Shown one piece after another: positions 25,318 through 34,727 of a stretch of 64,000 bases of DNA. Under the pieces are notes generated by a model. The model was not told where the DNA came from, made no database searches, and saw nothing but the letters and a program-made list of their open reading frames with translations. The stretch's first letter is position 1, and each line of letters opens with the position of its first letter. The translations under genes and the position numbers were made by a program. Origin of the DNA: a virus; IMG/VR virus record IMGVR_UViG_3300037010_002425, positions 5,203 through 69,202 of that record; one strand, 5' to 3'.

Positions 25318-25821
25318 TCAGCCTCCCGCGAGCCCCGTCTCGGCGTCAACAGCGATTCCGACTCCCTCGACTACCGCCACGGCAGTCGTCCCAGCCCGTG
25401 CAGCGAAAACGGGGCCCGTCTTCTCCGCCGGAATGCGCCGGCTTCCCGAGGCAAGGCCGCCTTTCTTCCCGGCCACCTTGGCCTCTTCGCGGGTGAAGCG
25501 GTGTGCGGTGCCGGCAGCATGGGCCGCCTTCCCGCCCAGGGATGCCAGCGCGCTCACCTTCGCCGGGTCCATCGCTGCAAAGCCCCGCGGCTTGCGCGGT
25601 TTCTCGTTAGCGGCCTTTTTCTCTGCGTTGTCTTTCATGGCTTTCCACTTTCTGTCTTGGAAGATGGTGTACTTTTGCGAGTTAACGGCGTGCCCTTGCC
25701 GATAACGGAGCATCCGGTCCCACGGAGGCGCCCACAGATCAGCCTCGACGCGGGTCCAGCCGCACTTTAGAAGGAACCTTGCCTCTGCTTTGAGAAGCTG
25801 GTCGACGGGCTGCCTAGCCAT
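25318..25821 (-). CDS. KGG-repeat general stress protein domain
   Basis: RGFAAMDP...ASLGGKAAH..GTAHRFTREEAKVAGKKGG. Confidence 0.75.
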   Translation of the reverse strand: MARQPVDQLLKAEARFLLKCGWTRVEADLWAPPWDRMLRYRQGHAVNSQKYTIFQDRKWKAMKDNAEKKAANEKPRKPRGFAAMDPAKVSALASLGGKAAHAAGTAHRFTREEAKVAGKKGGLASGSRRIPAEKTGPVFAARAGTTAVAVVEGVGIAVDAETGLAGG

Positions 25822-26485
25822 TCCTGGCAGCTCCGACCGGGGGCGGGGCGTAGAGGTGGAGCGTGTCCCGAATGAGGGCCTCTCGCGCAGCGAACACGGC
25901 AGCCCGGAAAATGTAGTCTTTCACCTGGTCGTGGAACGGAAGCTCCACGTAGGGGAGAAAGCAGGGATGCTCTTTCTTCTCGAAGTCTTTAACGGGGCCG
26001 TATTTCCAGCCCTGCTCCGTCTTCGTCTTGAGCCAGAGTTCGTGGGATTCGCCGGGGCTGTTACCGGCCAGAACGCCGCGAACGCCGATGCGCACGCTCT
26101 CGCGCAGGTCCTCGCGGGTATCCTCCCACGGGCTGTGCGAGTTATCACCCGCTAGGCGGCAGTAGTCTGCGTTGGTCTCGTGCGCGATCGCTGCCAGGTG
26201 TTCGACAACCGCGGGGTGGTACGCGTCAAACACAGCGTGGTCGCCGATAGGACTACTAACGGCGTAGTCGACGGCGGCGCGGACAAAGCAATCCTTGGCT
26301 TCGAGAAGCTTCCGAAATCCGGCAGCTACTTCTGCTCCCGGCTGGGACGTTGGCGGGTGGGCAGCAAGCGCCGCTGCGACAACAGAAAAAAGGCGTGACA
26401 CCGGGGCGATAGACGCCGGCAAGTGCTTGTAAGTAAAGAACTTGAGAATCGGAAAGGTGGCGGTGGAGGCAGCGGGGATGTTCAT
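25814..26485 (-). CDS. Two-domain protein: small helical phage domain plus RyR-repeat domain
   Basis: N-terminal HLP...RKLLEAKDCFVRA; C-terminal HELWLK.K..QGWKYG..KD..KKEHPC.LPY.ELP. Confidence 0.75.
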   Translation of the reverse strand: MNIPAASTATFPILKFFTYKHLPASIAPVSRLFSVVAAALAAHPPTSQPGAEVAAGFRKLLEAKDCFVRAAVDYAVSSPIGDHAVFDAYHPAVVEHLAAIAHETNADYCRLAGDNSHSPWEDTREDLRESVRIGVRGVLAGNSPGESHELWLKTKTEQGWKYGPVKDFEKKEHPCFLPYVELPFHDQVKDYIFRAAVFAAREALIRDTLHLYAPPPVGAARNG

Positions 26486-26793
26486 TGATGTTCCTTGCAG
26501 CGGACGTTGCAGTTAGAGCGCAGCACCTCGCGGCTATTCGCGTGGAGGATGCAGCTAACAGAGATGAGGCCGCGCAGGTCGGCCTCTCCCATGAAGGTTT
26601 CGCACGTAGTCCCGAGAGGCTCGACCGGGTAGCCCTCCTCGCAGTGGAGTTCGCGCAAGTGTCGGCAGGTGGTTTCTGCCGTTCGAGGAGTCATGCCCGG
26701 TTCTTCCGCCGGGGCACTCGGCGTGCAGGCCGTCGCCACGATGGCGAGCGCACAGATGAGGGCGAGGCGTTCGAAGGCTTGTTGGTGGTTCAT
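26482..26793 (-). CDS. Putative lipoprotein with Cys-rich domain
   Basis: Hydrophobic leader ending ATA-C; six further Cys. Confidence 0.6.
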   Translation of the reverse strand: MNHQQAFERLALICALAIVATACTPSAPAEEPGMTPRTAETTCRHLRELHCEEGYPVEPLGTTCETFMGEADLRGLISVSCILHANSREVLRSNCNVRCKEHQ

Positions 26794-27599
26794 CGTTCTT
26801 CCAGCTTTCCAAACGCGCTAAGAGCGTAGAACTCCGCTCCGACCTTTTCGGCCCGCTCTTGAGAGATGAAGTAGAAGCCCTTGTCGCCCCAGCCGGTTCC
26901 CCAGCTGTTAATGCCGCGGTAACAAGGGATACCCCGCGTGTGCTCGACGCCGACAAGGCAGGTGTAGTGCCACCCGAGGACGGTGCCGAGTTCCTTCTGC
27001 CCGATGAAGGATTCGCCGCCAATGTAGTCCTCGAAGTCTCCGTCCACCGGCTGGGCGAACACGACAGGGAGTCCTTTCCACAGGGCGTAGGTGACGTCCT
27101 CGGGCTTGAGCGGGATCGCGTTGGACATGGTAGCCCGCCGATTAGAGAACCCTTTCTGCAGTAGGTCCAGGGGGAGCCGCGCGTTAACGACGTTCGGGTC
27201 GAAGGGGTATTCCTCCTCGTCCACGAAGCCGAACTCTTGAATGAAGCGGAACGCCAGCGCCGGCTGACATCCGCCGTCTTCGAGAGCAGGAAACGAGCGG
27301 TGCTCTTTCGAGCGGCCACCCGCGTAGATAGCGAGCGCGGAAGGGCGAAGTTCGCCCCGCGACATGACGCGCACGGCCTGGGCGATAGCTTGACCGACGC
27401 ACGAGCTAGTGGCCCCCTGGTCGACGATTTCCGGCTCGTAGCCCGCCGGCAACGCGTAGCTGTGCCCGGCAGGGTTGGGGTGGTCGGGGAAGCCAGGGAA
27501 ACTCAGGAACGTAGAATACTTCCCGTCGGCTTTCCGCTCAGTGGGCTGGTGCAGGTACGTGTCCCCGCTACGACGAAAGCCGTAGGTTCTAGTAATCAT
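26790..27599 (-). CDS. Papain-like (C1) cysteine peptidase
   Basis: DQGATSSCVGQA (oxyanion Q, catalytic C), GWHYTCLVG (H), INSWGTGWGDKGF (N); start MITRTYG is ATGA-coupled. Confidence 0.88.
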   Translation of the reverse strand: MITRTYGFRRSGDTYLHQPTERKADGKYSTFLSFPGFPDHPNPAGHSYALPAGYEPEIVDQGATSSCVGQAIAQAVRVMSRGELRPSALAIYAGGRSKEHRSFPALEDGGCQPALAFRFIQEFGFVDEEEYPFDPNVVNARLPLDLLQKGFSNRRATMSNAIPLKPEDVTYALWKGLPVVFAQPVDGDFEDYIGGESFIGQKELGTVLGWHYTCLVGVEHTRGIPCYRGINSWGTGWGDKGFYFISQERAEKVGAEFYALSAFGKLEER

Positions 27600-27922
27600 C
27601 GGTCGGCACCTGCGTCTTTCGGCGTGGCGTGTTCGAGTGCGTATTTCCGCGACGCCGCCCGCGACGTGTTGACGATTTCGCGGAGGTCCGGAAGCAGGGC
27701 GTCCGTGATGTTGCACACTCGGGCGATGGTCGCATCGTCGCTCTCCGCGTTGGCGATAATGCAGATGACGTTCGCCGCATCGAGCGCGGTGTTCGCTGCT
27801 CGCCGATTAGCGGCGGGTGAACAGGCCGCGGAGTACACGGACAAAGCCACGAGGCCGGCCGTCGAGATCAGGATGAACAGGAGGGCTTGCGCTACCGGCT
27901 TTTTCTTCGTTGCAGTGTGCAT
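27596..27922 (-). CDS. Putative lipoprotein
   Basis: KKK, hydrophobic helix, then SAA-C lipobox-like site. Confidence 0.6.
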   Translation of the reverse strand: MHTATKKKPVAQALLFILISTAGLVALSVYSAACSPAANRRAANTALDAANVICIIANAESDDATIARVCNITDALLPDLREIVNTSRAASRKYALEHATPKDAGADR

Positions 27923-28181
27923 CTTCGGCCTCTTTCTCTTCTTTGCAGTAGGCGCAGTATTTAGAAAACTGCGCTGTAATAACCTGAGCAGGGAGCATTC
28001 CCTTCTTCAGGAAGTCTTCGCAGCGAGTCTGGTGCTCGGGGTCTCGGCACTCAGAAGTCGACCACGTGTCGCGGCGGCAGAAGAGGCAGATGCTCGGGAA
28101 TCCACCTTCCCGGTACGCCTCAAAGCAGCCTGCGCAGAGTAGTGCGTTCGCGGGGTCCCCGCAGATGGCGCAGGGCTTCAT
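27807..28181 (-). CDS. Cys-rich zinc-finger-like protein
   Basis: Four CxxC motifs; ATGA-coupled start; 3' end overlaps the next gene. Confidence 0.45.
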   Translation of the reverse strand: MKPCAICGDPANALLCAGCFEAYREGGFPSICLFCRRDTWSTSECRDPEHQTRCEDFLKKGMLPAQVITAQFSKYCAYCKEEKEAEDAHCNEEKAGSASPPVHPDLDGRPRGFVRVLRGLFTRR

Positions 28182-28657
28182 AGCGAGGGGCCGCTAGCCT
28201 TCTTGTGGGGGCGCGGCACCTCCTCGACGCCCGACGCCCGAACGCGCTCCAGGGATTCCTCGGCAGCTGCCCGCACGGCGGCAAAAGGGTCCTCGGCGAA
28301 CACCCCCGCCCCCGTCAGGGTGCTGCGTACGGAGTCGTTAATGCGTCCCTGTTTCAACGCGAGGCGTTCGAGTCGCACGATGTTCGCCATCAACACCGCG
28401 TAGCCGGCGAGGTCAAGGTACGGGTCTTCGTTGTCGAAGCTTTCGTCGTTCGCAATGCGGGCGAGCTTATCCATGATGCGCTGCGCGAACAGCACCTTCA
28501 TGAGCGTCAGCACGGGAACGCTGACGAAGATTTTCGCTAGGGCATACGGAGCTTGTCGAACGCTGTCCCCGTAGGAGGCGTTCTTTAGCTTGAGCGTGGT
28601 ACCCAGATCGGCAAGAAATTCGTCGATTCCAGTAACGGCGGTGATGGCGGTGGTCAT
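28178..28657 (-). CDS. Nucleotide-modification-associated domain protein (DUF1599/Nmad1-like)
   Basis: KNASYGDS...RIMDKLARI...ED..LDLAGYAVL. Confidence 0.7.
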   Translation of the reverse strand: MTTAITAVTGIDEFLADLGTTLKLKNASYGDSVRQAPYALAKIFVSVPVLTLMKVLFAQRIMDKLARIANDESFDNEDPYLDLAGYAVLMANIVRLERLALKQGRINDSVRSTLTGAGVFAEDPFAAVRAAAEESLERVRASGVEEVPRPHKKASGPSL

Positions 28658-29046
28658 TCGGGCCTCTTCGGTTTAGGGGGCGGGGCGTCGATAACATAGA
28701 AGAACCGCTGTGTAGCCCCGATTAGGAGCGTGACGTTCAGCCTTCCTCGTTTGCTTCGGCACCGGCTCATTAGCGCTTCCAGGGCGACAAGCTGTTTCCG
28801 CGAGTAGTAGCGAGAGCAGCGCTTGTCGTTAGGAAGTTTCCAGAGAGACGGGGGGAATCCCCGTTTCTCCAGCTTGTAGATGCGCTCGTAGGGCATCCCG
28901 AGCACGTGAGAGAGCGCAGACACCGGGAACAGGTCCAGGTCTACGCCCTCGACGAGCGCCGAGTACCCTTTGAACGTCTTCGCCTGGCCGGTAGGTGACG
29001 TAAGTGTCAGCTCTTCAGCCAGGCGGAATCTCTTAGAAGGTTCCAT
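28654..29046 (-). CDS. MerR-like helix-turn-helix protein
   Basis: FPVSALSHVLGMPYERIYKLEKRG.P...RYYSRKQL. Confidence 0.65.
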   Translation of the reverse strand: MEPSKRFRLAEELTLTSPTGQAKTFKGYSALVEGVDLDLFPVSALSHVLGMPYERIYKLEKRGFPPSLWKLPNDKRCSRYYSRKQLVALEALMSRCRSKRGRLNVTLLIGATQRFFYVIDAPPPKPKRPE

Positions 29047-30491
29047 TAGTAATTCAGAGTCGCATTAGGGTCAATATTGCGAATAGCAAGCTTCATTGCC
29101 TCGCCCATGCGGCGGAGGCTACTAGTCGCATTGTGGTTATAGACGACCACAATGGGCGCAGCCTTTCCCTCGACGACGCGCTCGATGCGGCCCACGGCCT
29201 GGCGGAGGAAACCTTCGTCCTTCGAGGGCCACAACAGAAAGAGACAGTCGAGCCGCTCGACGTCTAGTGCCTTGTAGCCAATCTTGTCAGTAACGAGGAG
29301 CACCTGGTGCTTCAGCGCTTCGAGGCGCTCTTTCTTGGTGACGTTGCCGATGATTAGTCCGGCGTCCACGCCCTGCTTTAGAAGCTCCTCGTGGAGAAAC
29401 GAGAGCTGCCCCGTGCGGCATCCCAGCACGAACACCTGCCGCCCCGCCTTCGTCGCCGAGAGCACGTCTTTCAGGATGCGTTCGTTCCAGATGGGGGACT
29501 TCGACGCAAACGTGTCATAGCGCGGGCGAAGCAGCATCTTCCGCGCCGGCCGGCCACCGTACGCCTTGACGGTTCGGTAGCAGCGCTCCTCTACGCCATT
29601 GGCGAGGATGTTTCCGATGCTTCTAAAGTACCACGTCGAGCTTTGGTGCCGGTCGATGTTCACGTACGACGGCTGCATTCCGCCCGTGTGGAGCATGTAC
29701 ACAGGATGCAGGTCGTCTAGCCGCTCTGGCGTCGCCGTTAGTGCGAGCCGGCGAGCCGGAAACCTGGGCGGTACAAGCGAAAAGCCGGGAGCGCCGAGAA
29801 CGTGGGCCTCGTCGAAGATGACAAGGCCGAATTGAGAGCACCATTCGTCGGTAAGCTGTCCGTCTCGGTTCCGCGCTGCGAGGGTCTGCACCATGGCCAC
29901 GGTGAGGTGCTCGCCGATAGTGTCTTTCTTGCCTTGAACGGTGCCCGTTGCCTTCGCAGTCTCTTCGCCGAAGATGGCGCCGATTTCCCGCTTCCATTGG
30001 TCAAGGATGGCGTCCCGGTCCACGACTACCAGCGTCTTTAGCTTCAGCCTCGCCGCGTAGAGCAAAGCCAACGTCGTCTTCCCGCGGCCGCATCCCAGAC
30101 AGAGAAGCTGGTCGGGGTCCTCCCAGTCCACCAACGCCTGAAACGGCTCCGCCTGGTGGCTGCGCATCTCTCGTTGCGGCGTCGGCCAGTCTTCGAGCAC
30201 TTCCTCGTTTCCCCAGCCCTCAACGTCAAAACGCGGCGTGATGCCTTTCCGCAGGTAGCGGGAGACCTCAACGCCGCGCGGCAGGAAGACGTAGTCTTTC
30301 CCGTTAACGGTTTCGATGTACGCAACGCAGACGTTCGGGTCGACGGGCTTCTCCCCTTTGCGGGGCGGATTCAGCTCCGCCTGCTTCACCGCGTTTGCGT
30401 CGACGAACGTAAGGTCGGCCTCGATTAGCTCCTCGTCCGCCCACGCACGGGGGATCTTCCAGTGGTTTCCGTAGATAATGGCCTCAATCAT
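29046..30491 (-). CDS. Superfamily 2 DEAH helicase (UvsW-like)
   Basis: MRSHQ, CGRGKT, IFDEAH, LTATPER, QAVGRIER. Confidence 0.92.
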   Translation of the reverse strand: MIEAIIYGNHWKIPRAWADEELIEADLTFVDANAVKQAELNPPRKGEKPVDPNVCVAYIETVNGKDYVFLPRGVEVSRYLRKGITPRFDVEGWGNEEVLEDWPTPQREMRSHQAEPFQALVDWEDPDQLLCLGCGRGKTTLALLYAARLKLKTLVVVDRDAILDQWKREIGAIFGEETAKATGTVQGKKDTIGEHLTVAMVQTLAARNRDGQLTDEWCSQFGLVIFDEAHVLGAPGFSLVPPRFPARRLALTATPERLDDLHPVYMLHTGGMQPSYVNIDRHQSSTWYFRSIGNILANGVEERCYRTVKAYGGRPARKMLLRPRYDTFASKSPIWNERILKDVLSATKAGRQVFVLGCRTGQLSFLHEELLKQGVDAGLIIGNVTKKERLEALKHQVLLVTDKIGYKALDVERLDCLFLLWPSKDEGFLRQAVGRIERVVEGKAAPIVVVYNHNATSSLRRMGEAMKLAIRNIDPNATLNY

Positions 30492-30526
30492 GCGGCCAGT
30501 ATTGCAGGATGCGCTGGAATGGTCAA

Positions 30527-31162
30527 TCAGGCGATCGGCAGGGAGACGGTCGGCTGATAAAGCGACAACTGCTTCCCAGCAAGCTCGCGTGCAGACAGCA
30601 CGTTAATGGGACCGGGCTCGTCGGGCACGGTGAAGTCAAACGAGATGTTCGCATCGGGAATCTCGACGTGCAGCCGGGTCCCGCGGAGCACCTCCGCCTC
30701 CCAGTAGCCCCGGTCGTCGGGATAGAAGGTTCGTTCCGCCGGCAAGCGCACAACCTTGTCGGGCCTCGTCCCCGATTCTCCGCCGAAAGAGGTCGTCTGG
30801 TCTCCGAGTGCCTGGCGATAGGAGATAACTACGCTAGACGCCGGGTCTACGGCGCCGAACGGGTCCATCAGGTAGCCGACAAGTAGGCAGAAACCCGGAA
30901 GCTCGGGAGGGGAAACGACGATAACGGGGTCGCTGTCTCCGGCCTCGCCGGCGGCGATAATACGGTAGATGTCACCGGGCGTTCCGAGCGTGTCCGTGTG
31001 CGCGTAGGTGCGGCTCTCGGTGTCGTAGTTGGCGCCCGTCGGGTCGCGCAAGATGGTGGCGAGGGAGGTGTAGTTGAGCCCGCCGTCGGTCGACCTTTCG
31101 ATTCGGTACGATTGCGCCGTCTCGTCGGTCCCGTCCCATCGCAAAGTGTGGTTAGTAGCCAT
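30527..31162 (-). CDS. Fibronectin-III-like putative virion protein
   Basis: TLRWD...SYRIERS...YRIIA pattern; end of the structural operon. Confidence 0.55.
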   Translation of the reverse strand: MATNHTLRWDGTDETAQSYRIERSTDGGLNYTSLATILRDPTGANYDTESRTYAHTDTLGTPGDIYRIIAAGEAGDSDPVIVVSPPELPGFCLLVGYLMDPFGAVDPASSVVISYRQALGDQTTSFGGESGTRPDKVVRLPAERTFYPDDRGYWEAEVLRGTRLHVEIPDANISFDFTVPDEPGPINVLSARELAGKQLSLYQPTVSLPIA

Positions 31163-33684
31163 TACCTCTTCTCCGGTTTCTTCTGCGTGGCGCTGGAAAG
31201 GTGCACGATGGTTAGTCGCGGCCGATTCTGGGTTTCTGTGGTGATAGTAACGTCAACGCTGGGAGCTTTCTGCTGCCCAGGAGCGAGCACTCGGACGTCT
31301 TTAGCGGGACGCTGCCTGACGGAGAAGTCCGGCGCCCGGCCAGCAGAGCGGAAGCCAGAGAGGACGGCGACAACCGTACCCAGGTGGGCGAGCCCGCCAG
31401 CCGCCGCAGCTGTAAGAGCCTGAAGTGAGGAGTCGCCGACGCCCACAAACGCTATAGAGGCAAACGCCGAAGAGCGGAACGACGAGAACGCCACAGTGCC
31501 GGCACCTGAGAAGGTTAGAAGTCCCGTAGCGCTGCCGACGAAAGCCACGAGGTTAGTCGCCGCCGTCCCCGTGATGGGGAGCAGTGCCGCAGCGACACCG
31601 GTTGCTTGGAGCTGCCTTAGCGAGCTGGTCCCGGTTGCTGAGAAAGTCTCCGCGCCGGCGGATGTTCCCGCGAAGGGGGACAGAACAGAGCTTCCCGTAG
31701 CCGAGTATCCCCAAGCACCTGCCGCGGTAGCGGTAAACGAGCACAGAGTGCCGCTCCCGATAGCAGAAAACGCCTCCGATCCGGTACCCGAGCTAGCGAG
31801 CGCAATGCTGCTGGTGGTGGTGCCGGAGAAGGCTTCTGCGCCAGCAGCGCTATTAGCGAGGGGCTGAAGAACACCGGCCCCCGTAGCCGCGAAGGTCTCC
31901 GCAGCGTTTCCGCTAGAAGCGAAAGAGCGAAGCGTTCCGCTCGCCGTTGCCGAGAAGACGAGTGACGCCGCGCCGCTAGAGGCGAAAGCTACAGAAGACG
32001 CCGCCGTGCCTGTGAACGCCTCTGAGCCCGCCGCGCTGCTAGCAAAAGAGGCCAGAGCCGAGGCACACGAGCCGCTTGTGCCGGCCAGAGAGCTACCCGT
32101 CGCATCCGAGGCGAAAGGCTGCAACGCGCTAACGCACGTCGCCGAAAAGGTCTCGAAAGCTGTTGCGCTAGAGGCAGGGCTTTGGAGCGCACCTGCAGCC
32201 GTCGCCGAGAACGTTTCCGCTCCTGTAGCTGCGCTGGCGAAAGAAGCGCACGTGCCGGTCGCCGTTCCGGAAAACGTTTCTGCGCCCGTACCAGCCGAAG
32301 CCAGCGAGCGCGTCGTGCCCGTAGCCGTTGCGCTGAATGTCTCCGCCCCGGCTCCTGCGCTAGCAAACCTAGAGACGGCTGCTGTACAGGTTGCCGAGAA
32401 AGTCTCGGCACCGGTCCCGCTAGAGGCAAACGGAGACACAGCACCGCTACAAGTCCCGGTGATAGGCAGAAGCGCAGTCGCCGTGCCTGCCGACGCAAAC
32501 GGGGAGACAGCCCCGCCGCCGCTACCACTGAAAGTCTCTACGCCAGTAGCCGCGGAAGCAAAAGAGGCGCACGTCCCTGAGGCTGTAGCAGAGAAGGTTT
32601 CTGCTCCCGTTCCGCTACTTGCGAAGAGCTGCACAGCCCCGGCCGCCGTTGCGGAAAAGGCGAGAGTGGCGGCAGCGCTAGAAGCCAGAGGCCGCACGGC
32701 ACCCGAGGCTGTTGCCGTAAACGCTTCCGTCCCCGAAGCGCTAGAGGCTAGGCTAGAAACAGCGCCAGAGCCCGTGCCAGAGAAAAGCTCGGAGCCGCTA
32801 ACGACGCTGGCGAACGGGGTGAGCGCACCGGAGGCGGTCCCCGTCACGGGAGAGGCAGCGGTAAAGCGTCCCCAGTAGGTGATCCAGGCGGTAGCCTGGC
32901 TATCGTCAATAGCTTCGTACCCAATCCACAGGGAGGCCAGTTGTGTCGCCGTGGCGTAGGACGAGAGCGCCAGGCCGGAGTATCCGATAGACAGCTGGCT
33001 AGCTGGGAACTCGGGGCGGATAGTTAGAGCTGCGGATTCAACCCACGCCCCGGCCCCGACGCGAATGCCAATCTTGTAGCCGCCCGAGCTTTTGCGCTGC
33101 CCGCGGATAAACACCGAGCTATAGGTGCCAAGAGGGAGCGTCTGGCTAACGCTAACGAAGCCGTCTACGGCGTTGCCAATAGTCAGGTAGATAGTAGCTA
33201 CCCCACCGTTCTGGCGCACGTTTACGTAGAGCCCGTAGCCTGCCGCCGAGGCGACGATGGGCTCGTTCTCGTAGCTAGTAACGCTGTTAGTAGAAGAGGA
33301 GGTAACCTTCAGGTACATCCCGAGCGAGAACTCGGGGCCCGGCAGAAACACGTTTTGCGAATCGAGCGTAATGACGCCGCCCATCCCGCTAATGTTGGCG
33401 GCGTGGTAGGCGCCTAGCGCGTCTCCAACGGAAAAAGCACCGCCAAAGGCAGTGCTGTCTACGGGGTGGAGCTTGGAGCCGCCTGCAACGGAGTTTTTCC
33501 CGCTCCAGACAGCGCCAGTGATGTTCTCGGCATCTTCAACCCACAGCGAGAGGCGCGCTTTCGGCGCACCGGATACGAGTGCCTGAAAAGGGAGCGCCCG
33601 ACGCGGAAGGTCAAAGACCGCACGCCGAGGCCACGTTAGAGGCAGACGCCTCGCCGGGGAGTTGAAGAGGTCGATAGTTCTCAT
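31162..33684 (-). CDS. Putative fibre: LamG/lectin-like domain plus about 21-aa Ala/Ser/Thr/Gly repeats
   Basis: Repeated ETFSATA.G...FASA.TGA units after a beta-rich N-terminal region. Confidence 0.65.
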   Translation of the reverse strand: MRTIDLFNSPARRLPLTWPRRAVFDLPRRALPFQALVSGAPKARLSLWVEDAENITGAVWSGKNSVAGGSKLHPVDSTAFGGAFSVGDALGAYHAANISGMGGVITLDSQNVFLPGPEFSLGMYLKVTSSSTNSVTSYENEPIVASAAGYGLYVNVRQNGGVATIYLTIGNAVDGFVSVSQTLPLGTYSSVFIRGQRKSSGGYKIGIRVGAGAWVESAALTIRPEFPASQLSIGYSGLALSSYATATQLASLWIGYEAIDDSQATAWITYWGRFTAASPVTGTASGALTPFASVVSGSELFSGTGSGAVSSLASSASGTEAFTATASGAVRPLASSAAATLAFSATAAGAVQLFASSGTGAETFSATASGTCASFASAATGVETFSGSGGGAVSPFASAGTATALLPITGTCSGAVSPFASSGTGAETFSATCTAAVSRFASAGAGAETFSATATGTTRSLASAGTGAETFSGTATGTCASFASAATGAETFSATAAGALQSPASSATAFETFSATCVSALQPFASDATGSSLAGTSGSCASALASFASSAAGSEAFTGTAASSVAFASSGAASLVFSATASGTLRSFASSGNAAETFAATGAGVLQPLANSAAGAEAFSGTTTSSIALASSGTGSEAFSAIGSGTLCSFTATAAGAWGYSATGSSVLSPFAGTSAGAETFSATGTSSLRQLQATGVAAALLPITGTAATNLVAFVGSATGLLTFSGAGTVAFSSFRSSAFASIAFVGVGDSSLQALTAAAAGGLAHLGTVVAVLSGFRSAGRAPDFSVRQRPAKDVRVLAPGQQKAPSVDVTITTETQNRPRLTIVHLSSATQKKPEKR

Positions 33685-34472
33685 GCGTAGATCGAGCCCA
33701 CTTTCCCCTGGGCGCTGGTAGCGGTCGTCGTCGACGGGTACCAGGCGAACATAAGAGTTGCCCCGTCGTAAATGCGCGGAGGCGGTTCCGACACGAGGTC
33801 ATATTGCCCCTTCGTGTTCGCAATGATGCCGATTTCCGCGAGCCGCTTGCAAAGCGTCACGTTAGCGACGCCTGCCGCCGCCGCCGTGTTGACCTGCAGG
33901 TTAGTAAGCTGCTTGATTCCGAGGCTGCCGGTCAGAAGCGGCAGCGGGCCCATCCAGTTAAGCGGAGTTGCCGCGTTGGGAAGGGTGAGCGTAGGTGCCG
34001 TGGTGACGGCAGCGTTCGTGTCGTCGGTGTAGTCCAGGCGTACCACCGGGGCCGTCGTCGTCGTCGCTGTCGTGATCTCGATAAACGCTTCGAGCCCGAT
34101 GCCGTCTGTGTAGCGAGTGGGCACAGTGTTGTTGAGCGACTTTGCGCCCGTTGCCGCCAGGGATACGGCGCCGACGCTGCAAAGGCGGTCGAAGAGGATC
34201 AGAGTTCCTTGCGTAGTAGCAAGGCCAGAAAACCCGGCGATATAGCGCTGAAAGCTGGCCTGGTCCGGAAAGAACAGGCCGCCGGCGGTCTTGTTGTATT
34301 GGGTGCCGGTGGAGGAGGGGGCTGCTCCCGCACCCGGCATCCCGGTAGCTGCCCAGCCGGAGACCATCTGCCCCGCCGCCTGAGCAGCCGTAAAGCTTTT
34401 GAAAAAGCCGGAGTCGTTAAAGCGGCCTGCCCCAATAGCCGCCGAGATGTCGTCAAGCTGGGTTAGCGCCAT
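33681..34472 (-). CDS. Putative virion structural protein
   Basis: Start MALTQL; beta-rich, LILFDRL and PLPLLTGSLGIK motifs; in the fibre cassette. Confidence 0.6.
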   Translation of the reverse strand: MALTQLDDISAAIGAGRFNDSGFFKSFTAAQAAGQMVSGWAATGMPGAGAAPSSTGTQYNKTAGGLFFPDQASFQRYIAGFSGLATTQGTLILFDRLCSVGAVSLAATGAKSLNNTVPTRYTDGIGLEAFIEITTATTTTAPVVRLDYTDDTNAAVTTAPTLTLPNAATPLNWMGPLPLLTGSLGIKQLTNLQVNTAAAAGVANVTLCKRLAEIGIIANTKGQYDLVSEPPPRIYDGATLMFAWYPSTTTATSAQGKVGSIYA

Positions 34473-34473
34473 G

Positions 34474-34725
34474 TCAGCCCACCGTTCCTTCGCCCGACGA
34501 AACGAAGAGCTGATCGACGGCGTTCGTCGGTTCCGGTTCCGGCAAGGATTCGTCGAGGGGAAGTGCCGCAACGCTGTAAAGCGCTTCCGGCACGACGATT
34601 ACCCAGCCTTCCGGCTTGTCGAGTTTCTCCGCTTCCGCAGTGGCGAGAGCGCGAGATGCGTAGATACCGGGCAGAAGGCCGAGGTGCTGTGAACGAAGAC
34701 GAAACGTTTGGTAGCTTTTCAGCAT
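34474..34725 (-). CDS. Hypothetical protein
   Basis: 83 aa, fits exactly between its neighbours. Confidence 0.5.
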   Translation of the reverse strand: MLKSYQTFRLRSQHLGLLPGIYASRALATAEAEKLDKPEGWVIVVPEALYSVAALPLDESLPEPEPTNAVDQLFVSSGEGTVG

Positions 34726-34727
34726 GA

